Part shown: positions 48,667 through 58,249 of the stretch, piece by piece
How positions within the stretch are numbered: the stretch's first letter is position 1
Layout: the number at the start of each line of letters is the position of its first letter
Assembly: GCA_902495455.1 (NCBI GenBank)
Contig: CABUXJ010000010.1
Coordinates: forward strand, 15,166 to 79,165
Length of the DNA: 64,000 bases
Direction: 5' to 3'
Origin: an uncultured Prevotella sp.
GTDB lineage: Bacteria; Bacteroidota; Bacteroidia; Bacteroidales; Bacteroidaceae
Notes under the pieces: model-generated
Seen by the model: the letters and a program-made list of their open reading frames with translations, nothing else
What the model was told of the DNA's origin: nothing
Databases searched by the model: none
Translations under genes and position numbers: made by a program

Positions 48667-50866
48667 ATGAGAACAAAACTATTTAAACAATTAGTTCTTG
48701 TCTGCTTTGCGCTCCTATTGGGGGGGGGTAAATCAGGCATGGGCGCAACAGACAACATTGTACAAAATGGGAGAAATTTGGAATAGCACAACTTTTCCCA
48801 CTGTCGAAGGAGCAACTGTACAATCAGGCATATTCACCTATCACGGAACAAAAGGTTCTTATGAAACGAAGACTGCGACCTTTGGTGACGAAACTTTCAC
48901 TGGCATACTCAGAATAAGTGGAAAGGGTAGTTATAGCAAGAATAAACTAAATAGTGTCTTATCTTTTGACGTTAATAACAATTGCACAATCAAAGTCTAT
49001 GGTACTGGAGCTGGAAGTGGTGAAAGAAAAATGTTTATGACCCAAACAATAGGAAACATAAAAGTTCCTGCTCAAGACCCTATAGCATCCGGAGTGTCTA
49101 CCGATTACTCTTCCGCAATTATGGAAGGCAAAGTTTCTGCAGGTACAGTATATATATGGGTAGATAACGGTTTCAGAATATATGCAGTAAGCATCACGCC
49201 CGAAGCTACCGGTCCCACCCCGGCTACCGTATCCATCGCCGAAACGACATTGACCACAGGCGTAGGAATTCCCAAGACCATCGAAGCTACAGTTGGCGGA
49301 AATCCCGCTCCCACGGTTCAGTGGTATCAGTGCGATGATGCCAACAAGACAAACGCGACAGCCATAGATGGAGCGACTGCTGCCACATACGAATATACAC
49401 CGTCTGCCGCAGGCACATATTATTTCTATTGCACAGCAACAAACGAAAGCGGCGAGGCTACGTCTGATGTCGTGACCGTAAATGTTTTAGACAAAATATT
49501 GAGCGCTGACGCAACAATCAGCAGTATTGTCGTTAATGGACTTACTACTGAATTAAAGAACAATATTTATACCGCAACAACCATCGGAGCAACAACAATA
49601 ACAGCCGTTATCACCACCACTGACGAAAACGCGACCGTGACCGGTGGAAAAGAACAAACCATCGAGGCCGGCAAAGCCACAACAATAACAGTCACTGCCG
49701 AAGATGGAAAGACTACTGCCACATATACCCTCAATGTGACAAACGTGGGCAACGTGACACGCACCGCCAACGCTTTCTATATCGGTAGCGGCAAGCCATA
49801 CGCCGCCGGCCAGACATTCACCTGTCCGGACATCGTCGCCACAATAGCAGCAGAGAGCAATCCGTCAGGCAACATGACAAACGACGGTTCTAAACCACAC
49901 TATATCAACAGCAACTATGTATCAGCTGTCAGCGGAAACGTAAATGGAAAGGCTGACAGCAAGACCGGAAAGCCGACAGCCGGAAGCTACTTCACATTCA
50001 CTCCGAGCAAGGACGGTTCACTGGAAGTGGGTATATATCTCAACGCAAATAAAGAATTATGGATTTCCGACGGAGAGAAACGTCTCGTGGCCGGTACTGA
50101 CTTTACGGCAGCTTTCAAGAGCAACGAAACTACAGAACAAGTTCTTACTGACAACAAACTTTCAACTGCAGCAGCAGGAACAATCACTTTTGACGTCATA
50201 GCCGGCAAGACATATTACGTCTACTGCACCGGTTCTAAGATGGGCTGGTATGGTATGGAATTCACTCCCGCAGCTGAAAACTACGCCCTCACCACCGCCG
50301 ACGCCGACTTCTACACTCTCTATCTTGACTACGACGCCACCATACCCGCAGGCATAGAGGTATATAGCAGCGTTCTCAGCGAGGACAAGACCGTGATGAC
50401 GGTCAACAAGGTAGAAGGCACAGTGTTGCCGGCAAACACCGCCGTACTGCTGAAGAGTCCGGCAGGAGCCGGTGAGTTCACCTTTGAGCACGCCTCCGAA
50501 GCTGCCGCAACAGTAGAGACAGCTCTCCTTGGTGTGACCGAGACTACTCCATACGCCGAATTGACTCCGGAGGGCAAGACCCTGCTCACGCTCGGAACGA
50601 AAGACGGTGTCGTGGCTTTCCGCAAGCCCTACGCAGCCGACGGTTCGCTCGCAGCCAACCGCGCATATCTGCTCCTCGACAACACCACGGGCGAGGCCAA
50701 ATCTATCCGCGTGGTGATCGGTGGTGACGACACGACAGGCATCAGCGAAGTCAACGCAGCCAAAGCCGAGGCAGAGGCCCCGATATACAACATGGCAGGA
50801 CAGCGCGTCGCAGCCGGAACAAAGGGATTGCTGATAAAGAACGGCAAGAAGTATATCAACAAATAA
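48667..50866 (+). CDS. Secreted multi-domain beta-sandwich surface protein, frameshifted at a G9 tract in the signal peptide
   Basis: ATG 48667 reads MRTKLFKQLVLVCFALLLGG, and the +1 frame continues VNQAWA-QQTT; Ig-like QWYQC...YYFYC, cadherin-like ITVTAEDG...Y, tail IYNMAGQRV...GKKYINK. Confidence 0.8.
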
Positions 50867-50906
50867 GAAAAACGACAGTATTAACATATAACAAGAACAT
50901 AACAAC

Positions 50907-51080
50907 ATGAAAAGATATATCAAACCGGAAGTGACGGTCATCGAAATAGAGACAAGCGCAAACCTCATGCAGGCATCCCTCGATGTTGACAAGGATGGTA
51001 CGCACGACGGACCGGAGGACCGCGCTAAGGGCGGCCTCTATAAGTTCGACATCTGGGACCTTGACGAAGAGGACGACTGA
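50907..51080 (+). CDS. 57-aa acidic peptide with N-terminal YxxP motif
   Basis: MKRYIKPEVTVIEIETSANLMQASLDVDKDGTHDGPEDRAKGGLYKFDIWDLDEEDD; A-rich leader, followed by a terminator. Confidence 0.75.
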   Translation: MKRYIKPEVTVIEIETSANLMQASLDVDKDGTHDGPEDRAKGGLYKFDIWDLDEEDD

Positions 51081-51108
51081 GACTTTTCTTCTCACATAAA
51101 CAAAAGAA

Positions 51109-51155
51109 ACCGCGGGAAGCAGACTTGGTGCTGCTTCCCGCGGTCGTTTTTTTTT
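51109..51155 (+). terminator. Intrinsic terminator
   Basis: ACCGCGGGAAGCAG / CTGCTTCCCGCGGT followed by a T-run. Confidence 0.85.
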
Positions 51156-51274
51156 GGGGGGCCTCACCCCGGCCCTCTCCAAGGAGAGGGTGCCTACGAG
51201 GTGACAAGCGGCTGCGCCTTGTGGGAGAGACAAGGGTCCGAAAGCCACTAAAGCATTTCAACACAGCAAAATCA

Positions 51275-51377
51275 CAATCTGTCGTAGGGACATAGTCTTG
51301 TCTTTGTCCGCAAGCAAACGGTTGTATATCAATACGTTTTGCGGACAAAGACAAGACTATGTCCCTACGACAGATTG
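51275..51377. repeat. GTAG-type REP doublet (R2), copy 3
   Basis: GTAGGGACATAGTCTTGTCTTTGTCCGC variant arms. Confidence 0.9.
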
Positions 51378-51418
51378 AAACCTGCGGCATGGAAGTCAGT
51401 TTTACCGGACAGCAATAA

Positions 51419-51502
51419 TTATCTATAAGTCACAAAAGGGTATGTTTTTGTTATCTATAAGTCACAAAAACACACCTTTCTTGTTATTTATAAGTCACAA
51501 AA
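51419..51502. repeat. Three direct repeats TTAT(C/T)TATAAGTCACAAAA
   Basis: Starts at 51419, 51451 and 51484. Confidence 0.85.
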
Positions 51503-51610
51503 CGAGGATTTTCCACGATACGGATGGAGCGCAGAGACATATCAAGCTCCCTCCCTTCGGGAGGGTTGGGGTGGGTATTAGGTGGATGTTAGATGGGTGT
51601 TAGGTGCGTG

Positions 51611-53242
51611 TTAGTCTTTAACGAACGTCACGTCGTCAATGAGACACTGTGCCCCGGCCTCTCCTTCGGCCACGAAACCGACTTCCGCACGGCCGCCGCT
51701 CACACGGATGCCGGTGATGGAGACGGTCGTCCAAGCGGTGGCCGACGGGCGGATGGCGCACTTCCTGCGGCGGCCGGCGCTCTCGGCGTACATCTCGAGA
51801 CGGCTGAAACGGCCGCTACGGCGGACACGGGCGCGAAGAGTGTAACGTCCGTCGGGCAGAGGCACGGACGGCGTGGATGTGACGGTCTGGGAGACGCGGC
51901 GTGAGAACGGCTCGCGGTCGCTGATGCAGAGGCTCTTCTCACCGATGACGTGGCGGCGGTCGTCGCGCGTGTTCATATAGTTCAGACGCGGCGAAAGACT
52001 GTCGTCGACAGAGACATGACGGCCGCGGAGGATGTCGGTCTGCCAGCCGAGCAAGTGCTCCTGACGTGGTTTGACAGGATTGGGGATGCTGCGGCGGTCG
52101 GCCTCAAAGCTGCCGTTGAGCACGTAGTTGTTGTCTAGGCCCACGCGCCACTCGCCCGTGGCGGCATTGAGCGTCCACGAGGACAGCGAATTGAAGACGG
52201 GACTGCCGTCGGCAGCAAACGACAGGGGCACCCACTGGTTGTAGCCGAGGCCGTTGCCGGCGAAATCGCACCAACGGTCGCCACAATAGATGACGGTCTC
52301 CTCGCGGCTGCCACGCAGGGTGACGAAGAAACCGGTCTGGGATACGTGGGCGTAGTCGGACTCGCAGCCGCGCATGACTTGCATATCGTTCACGGGCTGA
52401 TAGGGGCCGCGGATGTCGTCGGCCATGAGCCAATAGGCGTAGGAACCGTCCCAGCCGTAGATGTTGGAGGCGCACATGTAATATCGGCCGCGGTACTTGA
52501 ACATGCAGTTGCCCTCGCGGCTCGCGCCGTGGAATACCTCTGTGCAGTCAAGAAGGTCGATGCGGTCGCCACGCACACCTATTTCCGATACGTAAATCTT
52601 GTTGCGGCCTCTACCATACGAATAGATTAGGTATGAACGCCCGGTATCTGGGTCGGTGAAGACGGTCTGGTCGCCGGTGTTTGGAGTACCTATTATATTG
52701 GTCATGTCCTTACGCCAGCCCCAACGAAACTGTCCGGTGGGACTGTCTGACGTGGCTATCAGCACGCCGGCACCTCCACCATTACCATGTTGTACGAAGA
52801 GAGCATACTGGCGTTTCTCCTTGATATAGACCACACCAAGACGCCCCATCCAGCCGCCATCCTCATGCTTTTCCACTTCTTCACGGGTGAGAACGTCACC
52901 CTCGTAATGCCAATCGGTAAGATTGTCGGAACTATAGCACGTCACTGCGCTGAACACGGCATGCTCGACAGTCACCGTAGGGTCTTTGCGATACTCTTCG
53001 GATCCCTTATATCGCATACCATACCAATAGTATCGCTCGCGGCCGGTCTGCGGGTCGGCGAAACGGAAGATGCCGCCGCCCTGACTGTAAAGTGGCTCGC
53101 CGTCGGCCGTATTCCAGAAGACATCGTTGTGAATCGGGCGGAAAGCGCCGATAGCGTCTTTGACTGTGTCGGCTGCTGCTTTGATTGCATTTGCCGTGAG
53201 GGCGAGAAGCAATATCAATGTTACGAGATAGTTATTATTCAT
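51611..53242 (-). CDS. Secreted GH43-family glycoside hydrolase with C-terminal CBM-like domain
   Basis: Signal peptide from 53242; SQGGG, YYWYG, GDQTVF.D, REG.CMFK, SQ, GDRW; TACCTTTG box at 53266-53273. Confidence 0.82.
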   Translation of the reverse strand: MNNNYLVTLILLLALTANAIKAAADTVKDAIGAFRPIHNDVFWNTADGEPLYSQGGGIFRFADPQTGRERYYWYGMRYKGSEEYRKDPTVTVEHAVFSAVTCYSSDNLTDWHYEGDVLTREEVEKHEDGGWMGRLGVVYIKEKRQYALFVQHGNGGGAGVLIATSDSPTGQFRWGWRKDMTNIIGTPNTGDQTVFTDPDTGRSYLIYSYGRGRNKIYVSEIGVRGDRIDLLDCTEVFHGASREGNCMFKYRGRYYMCASNIYGWDGSYAYWLMADDIRGPYQPVNDMQVMRGCESDYAHVSQTGFFVTLRGSREETVIYCGDRWCDFAGNGLGYNQWVPLSFAADGSPVFNSLSSWTLNAATGEWRVGLDNNYVLNGSFEADRRSIPNPVKPRQEHLLGWQTDILRGRHVSVDDSLSPRLNYMNTRDDRRHVIGEKSLCISDREPFSRRVSQTVTSTPSVPLPDGRYTLRARVRRSGRFSRLEMYAESAGRRRKCAIRPSATAWTTVSITGIRVSGGRAEVGFVAEGEAGAQCLIDDVTFVKD

Positions 53243-53423
53243 AAAGCGTTGTGGAATGTTTGCGGCAAAGGTATAAAAAAACAAGCATGACGGCAAAGTA
53301 ATATCGTCCGCATTTCGGTATTTTCGTCCGCAAAGCGGTATCATCCCCGCATCAGACGGGGCTTTCTTCCGCAACAACACCCCACCACCGCATAACAACG
53401 TCGCCGCTACAACACACATTCAT

Positions 53424-53509
53424 GTAGGGACATAGTCTTGTCTTTGTCCGCAAGCGACATATTGACATTAAACATTTGCTTGCGGACAAAGACAAGACTA
53501 TGTCCCTAC
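53424..53509. repeat. GTAG-type REP doublet (R2), copy 4
   Basis: Same variant arms as copy 3. Confidence 0.9.
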
Positions 53510-53662
53510 TTGGTGGAGAAACCAAGGGATGCATTATTTATCGGGTGAGCACAGACCACTCTTTACAGACCACTCCAAATGCCGGACAAGCCGAAAATAA
53601 GTAGGCTTTTGTTTCGTCCGTTCGTTTTTTTACAGTACCTTTGCAGCGCTAATATCATCATT

Positions 53663-53734
53663 GCCCTGATAGTTCAATGGATAGAATAGCTCTCTCCTAA
53701 AGAGTAGATCCGAGTTCGATTCTCGGTCGGGGTA
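53663..53734 (+). tRNA. tRNA-Arg(CCT)
   Basis: Cloverleaf with GCCCTGA/TCGGGGT acceptor, anticodon loop CTCCTAA and GTTCGA T-loop; TACCTTTG box at 53636; CCA not encoded. Confidence 0.93.
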
Positions 53735-53781
53735 CGCAGAAGCCGGAGTCTCACCGCAATGGAAAGGCCCGGCTTTTGTTT

Positions 53782-53927
53782 TTTCATTCTTCGTTCTTCG
53801 TTTTTCATTCTTCACTCAAGAACGGCGGCAGCAAATTACTCGCTGCGCTCATCAACACTTCTCCATTCTTCGTTTAATGGGAAGGGCGGCAGCAACTTCT
53901 TCTCTCTTCACTCTTCATTCTTCACTA
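53782..53927. repeat. R5 repeat (TTCTTCA heptamers, GGCGGCAGCAA core)
   Basis: Reverse-complement relative of 31038-31190. Confidence 0.75.
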
Positions 53928-53964
53928 AAAAAACACGGCGGCATCCCGATTGAGATGCCGCCGT
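53927..53964 (-). terminator. Intrinsic terminator of secDF
   Basis: ACGGCGGCATC/GATGCCGCCGT stem with a T-run on the minus strand. Confidence 0.8.
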
Positions 53965-54028
53965 CTGACGTTTATATAATTGTTAGTGTCTATATACCTT
54001 ATTATATATAGGCTTTCATGCTTCCGGC

Positions 54029-57000
54029 TTAAGCCTTCTCTTTCTTCTCAGCGCGCTTGCCCATGATGAGGTAGGCCGTGGGAGCTGCGATGAATATTGA
54101 AGACAGCGTACCGAAGAGCACACCGAGTATCATTGCGAACGAGAAGCTGCGGATGCTGTCACCACCGAAGATGAAGATGCACAACAACACGAGCAATGTC
54201 GAGAGCGAGGTGTTAATCGTACGGGCCAACGTCTGGTTCAATGAGTCGTTGAACAGCACCTTGCGGTCGCGCTTGCTGAAGAGTTGGAAGTTCTCACGTA
54301 TACGGTCGAAGACCACCACCTTGTCGTTGATCGAATAACCGATAACGGTCAGGATGGCACCGATGAACGTCTGGTCAATCTCCAGTGACATCGGCACGAT
54401 GCCCCACAACAGAGAGTAGAAGCCGATGACGATGAGTGTATCGAAAGCAAGTGCAACGACAGAACCGACCGAGAAGGCCCAGTTGTGGAAGCGGATGAGG
54501 ATGTAGATGAAGATAGCGATAAGGGCGAAGATGACGCTGACGATAGCACCGTATGTGATATCCTTAGCCACTGAAGGACCAACCTTCGCACTGCTGATGA
54601 TTGAACCACCGGCACGAACGTCCGGATTCTTGAAGGCCTCAACACTCTCCTGTGTAACCAGTCCGGCGGCAGAGAGAGCCTTGTAGAGGATGTTCTCCGC
54701 CTCGTCGTCGACAGTCGGGTTGTTGGACTCAATCTTATAGTTAGTCGAGATACGGATGCACTGACCGTCCATGACGCTCTGTGTGGCGATGACGCTGACG
54801 TTGGCCTCGCCGAATGCGCCCTGCAAAGCCTCGCGAACCTGCTCCGGCTCAACATTCTTCTCTAACTTGACAACATAGTTGCGGCCACCGGTGAAGTCGA
54901 TGCTCTGGCTCAAACCTTTGAAAGCGAACGAAGCAATGAAAATCAATGCAGCGACGCCCCAAATGGTAAAAGACTTCTTGGATGCACCCATAAAGTTGTA
55001 ATCGGTGTTGCGGAACAACTTCTTCGAGAAGCCGGTGGCGAACGTGAGGTGCTGCCACTTGTCGCGGCTCATCTGATGATCAAACACAAGACGTGTCATA
55101 TAGACGGCTGTGAAGAACGAGCAGCAGATACCGATGATGAGCGTTGTGGCGAAACCGCGGATAGGACCGGTTCCGAAGACGTAGAGGATGACACCTGTTA
55201 TGATTGAAGTCAAGTTTGAGTCGAAGATGGCCGAGAAGGCGTTGGCGTATCCTTTCTTCATTGCCTCGCGGACATTGAGACCTGCACGCAGTTCCTCCTT
55301 GGTACGCTCGTAGATGAGCACGTTGGCATCGACGGCCATACCGAGCGTCAACACGATACCGGCAATACCCGGCATGGTCAGCGCGGCCTGGAAGGATGTC
55401 AGAATACCGAGCGTGAAGAAGAGGTTGAAGAGCAGGGCGATGTTTGCCAACATACCGGGGATGACGTTGTAGAGCAACACCATGTAGACCATCAGCAGCA
55501 CAAATGCTACGACGAATGAGATGAATCCCTGCTGGATCGACTGTGCTCCGAGTGAGGGACCGACCACTTCTTCCTGAACGATGCGGGTCGGAGCGGGCAT
55601 CTTACCGGAGTTGAGCGTGTTGGCGAGGTCCTTGGTGTCCTCGATAGTGAAGTTACCGGTAATCTGCGAATTGCCACCGGTGATTTCGGAGTTGACACGC
55701 GGTGCGCTGTAGACAGCGTTGTCGAGCACGATGGCCACGGCCTTGCCGATGTTCATCTTTGTGAGCTGAGCCCAACGACGGGCACCGTCCGTATTCATTT
55801 CCATTGTCACGCAGGGTGAGCCCATCTGGTCAAATCCGTCCTTGGCGCTGACAATCACATCGCCTTCCAACGGAGCACGGCCGGAAGGTTCGGTCACCTT
55901 GATGGCGTAAAGCTCATATACCTGTCCCTTCTTGTCAAACTCGGCGGGCTTTGCACCCCAAAGGAGTTTCAGGTCTGAGGGCAGCACCTGAGCGGCGATG
56001 TCCGAATAGATAATCTTGTTTACCTCGGCAGTGTCACGCGACATGGCGTATCCGACAACGCTGAGTCCCTGTCCCTGCACGGGCTGGAAGACGGTAAACA
56101 GCGGGTTCTGCTTCTTCATCTCCTCCAACTGCTTGCTTTCATCACCCTTGGCAGCCTTCTTGGCTCCGAGCACGGCTCCGAGACCGCTCTTTGCTGCGGC
56201 GGAATCAACAGCGGCAGTGTCTGCCTTTTCGTCGGCGGGGGCGACAGCGGCTGTCGTGTCGGCAGCAGCTTCTGTTGTCACGTCACCACCGAGAGCGGCA
56301 TACTTCTGATTGAGCTGAGAGAGCAGGGGAACGATGTCCTGACTGTTGAATGTCTCCCAGAACTCCAGGTTGGCACTTCCCTGAAGGAGTTTGCGCACAC
56401 GCTCCGGCTCCTTGATACCGGGCATTTCGACCATGATACGGCCGGACTGGCCTTCCAGTTTCTGTATGTTGGGCTGAACGACACCGAACTTATCTATACG
56501 GTTGCGGACCACATTGAATGAGTTGTCCACAGCCGACTGCACCTCCTCACGCAGGGCACGCTCCACCTCGGCGTCGCTGCTCTGTGTGCTGACCTTGCCC
56601 TTCATCTGCTGAGTGGCAAAGATTTCGGCCAGACGGTGGCCCGGTGCGTTCTGCTTGTAGCGCTTGATGAAGAGCGAGATGAAGTCGTCCTGACTCGTCT
56701 CCTCGTCTTTCTTGGCTTCCTGCATTGACTTTACGAACGCATAGTCGGTCTTGTGGTCGGCCAACACGGCTACGACGTCAGGCACGGAAACCTCAAGAAT
56801 GACATTCATACCGCCTTTCAAGTCAAGTCCGAGACCGATTTCCATCTCACGACACTGCTTGAACGAATAGATGTTGAAGAACCACACCTTCTCGTTCATG
56901 ATGGAGTCGAGATACTCCTGACCTGCTTTTTCGCCCATTGCGGCCGCCTTATTCTCATAATGGCGGGTAGCAAAGGAGAAAGAAAGGTAGAAGATACACA

Positions 57001-57049
57001 CCAGCATGAGTGCGGCTGCGATAAACTTTACAATTCCTTTGTTTTGCAT
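54029..57049 (-). CDS. secDF: Protein translocase subunit SecDF (fused)
   Basis: LGLDLKGG, GMAVDANVLIYER, IDFTGG, GYSIND.VVVFDRIRE. Confidence 0.97.
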   Translation of the reverse strand: MQNKGIVKFIAAALMLVCIFYLSFSFATRHYENKAAAMGEKAGQEYLDSIMNEKVWFFNIYSFKQCREMEIGLGLDLKGGMNVILEVSVPDVVAVLADHKTDYAFVKSMQEAKKDEETSQDDFISLFIKRYKQNAPGHRLAEIFATQQMKGKVSTQSSDAEVERALREEVQSAVDNSFNVVRNRIDKFGVVQPNIQKLEGQSGRIMVEMPGIKEPERVRKLLQGSANLEFWETFNSQDIVPLLSQLNQKYAALGGDVTTEAAADTTAAVAPADEKADTAAVDSAAAKSGLGAVLGAKKAAKGDESKQLEEMKKQNPLFTVFQPVQGQGLSVVGYAMSRDTAEVNKIIYSDIAAQVLPSDLKLLWGAKPAEFDKKGQVYELYAIKVTEPSGRAPLEGDVIVSAKDGFDQMGSPCVTMEMNTDGARRWAQLTKMNIGKAVAIVLDNAVYSAPRVNSEITGGNSQITGNFTIEDTKDLANTLNSGKMPAPTRIVQEEVVGPSLGAQSIQQGFISFVVAFVLLMVYMVLLYNVIPGMLANIALLFNLFFTLGILTSFQAALTMPGIAGIVLTLGMAVDANVLIYERTKEELRAGLNVREAMKKGYANAFSAIFDSNLTSIITGVILYVFGTGPIRGFATTLIIGICCSFFTAVYMTRLVFDHQMSRDKWQHLTFATGFSKKLFRNTDYNFMGASKKSFTIWGVAALIFIASFAFKGLSQSIDFTGGRNYVVKLEKNVEPEQVREALQGAFGEANVSVIATQSVMDGQCIRISTNYKIESNNPTVDDEAENILYKALSAAGLVTQESVEAFKNPDVRAGGSIISSAKVGPSVAKDITYGAIVSVIFALIAIFIYILIRFHNWAFSVGSVVALAFDTLIVIGFYSLLWGIVPMSLEIDQTFIGAILTVIGYSINDKVVVFDRIRENFQLFSKRDRKVLFNDSLNQTLARTINTSLSTLLVLLCIFIFGGDSIRSFSFAMILGVLFGTLSSIFIAAPTAYLIMGKRAEKKEKA

Positions 57050-57159
57050 TTTATTATTATGTTATTTTAATTATTATTTCCTATATTAGGCATTTTAGCT
57101 TGCAAATATAGCTATTTTTTTACACTATGGAAAATTTATTGCCGTTTTTCATTCATTTT

Positions 57160-58242
57160 TTAAGGTTTATCCTGCTTTTTGAGCCAACAATAGATAGGAT
57201 AATGGTCCGATGCGTCTATTTTGTTGTCTACCTTGCAGTTATAAGGCTTGAAATCACCGGAGCACATCAGGTTGTCTATCCTCACGTAAAAACCGCTCTG
57301 ATTGTACGACACGCCGACACCCCTTCCGGTGGCCACATAGCAGTCAGTGAGCCCCTTGGCGACAGTCCGCCGGGCGTAGGATATGGGGTTGTCGTTGAAG
57401 TCGCCGCACAATATGATGGGAAGGTCGGCATGGTCTGCTATATACTTTCGGACGGCGTCAGCCTGCGGCGCTCTGATGGCGGCGGACTCGCCGAGCCGGT
57501 TAATGAGCTTCTTCGACTCCTCGCGGACGGTGTCCTGCCTGACGTTGCCTTTGAGCATGCTCTTGTACATGTGGCGGTCCTCCAGCGAGAGATGGGTTGT
57601 CTCCAAGTGGTTGTTGATGACGATGACCGTGTCACCATCCACGTCGAGAAAGAAGGCCACGCTGCCGTTGCCTTCCGACTCATATTCGATGCGCTCTTTG
57701 CGGAATATGGGATAGCGGGAGTATATGCCGAGGGCGTTCATGTTGCGCGTTCCGACATGGACCGTATCCCTGTGGGCATAGAGACTGTCCATGCGTTGCA
57801 GTATGTCGGCCCGGGTCATGTCCTCCTGCAGGCAGACGATATCGGCCTCACTGTCGCGAATATAGTCGACAATCATATCTGAGGTATCATCATAACGGGG
57901 TTTGCCGTTATACGCCTGAACGTTGTAGGACAGCACCTTTATGACACCGTCAGGCATGTCTTCGGGCAGATTGACGGGCATATAAATACGTATGGGCACG
58001 TATGCAAGCACATAACCGGCCACCGGTATCAGCGCCATGCGCTTCTTAAACATCAGCCAAAAGAAGAGGAAGGCCATGTTGACAATCAGCACGGCGGGAA
58101 ACGTCAGGCCGAGACAGGACAGCAAGGGGTGGCTGACGGGATTGACATAGTCGGCAAATCCCACCATGAGCATGATGATGACCGTGGCCACATTGGCTCC
58201 GGCCATCATCCTGATGGTTATCGTCTTGAGCATGTTGGCCAT
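57160..58242 (-). CDS. Endonuclease/exonuclease/phosphatase family protein, membrane-anchored
   Basis: SYNV, CLQE, CGDFND, RID, SDH. Confidence 0.9.
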   Translation of the reverse strand: MANMLKTITIRMMAGANVATVIIMLMVGFADYVNPVSHPLLSCLGLTFPAVLIVNMAFLFFWLMFKKRMALIPVAGYVLAYVPIRIYMPVNLPEDMPDGVIKVLSYNVQAYNGKPRYDDTSDMIVDYIRDSEADIVCLQEDMTRADILQRMDSLYAHRDTVHVGTRNMNALGIYSRYPIFRKERIEYESEGNGSVAFFLDVDGDTVIVINNHLETTHLSLEDRHMYKSMLKGNVRQDTVREESKKLINRLGESAAIRAPQADAVRKYIADHADLPIILCGDFNDNPISYARRTVAKGLTDCYVATGRGVGVSYNQSGFYVRIDNLMCSGDFKPYNCKVDNKIDASDHYPIYCWLKKQDKP

Positions 58243-58249
58243 GACCGTC

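Noticed and set aside
48698..48720. ORF-track start TTG 48698 for the surface protein
   Set aside because: It yields no hydrophobic signal core; the upstream ATG in another frame supplies one across the G tract.
51419..51502. Possible CRISPR array
   Set aside because: 19-bp repeats with 13-14 nt spacers are too short, and there are no cas genes.
53663..53930. tRNA-Arg as the integration site of an island
   Set aside because: I saw no integrase and no duplicated tRNA 3' end, and the neighbours are core genes.
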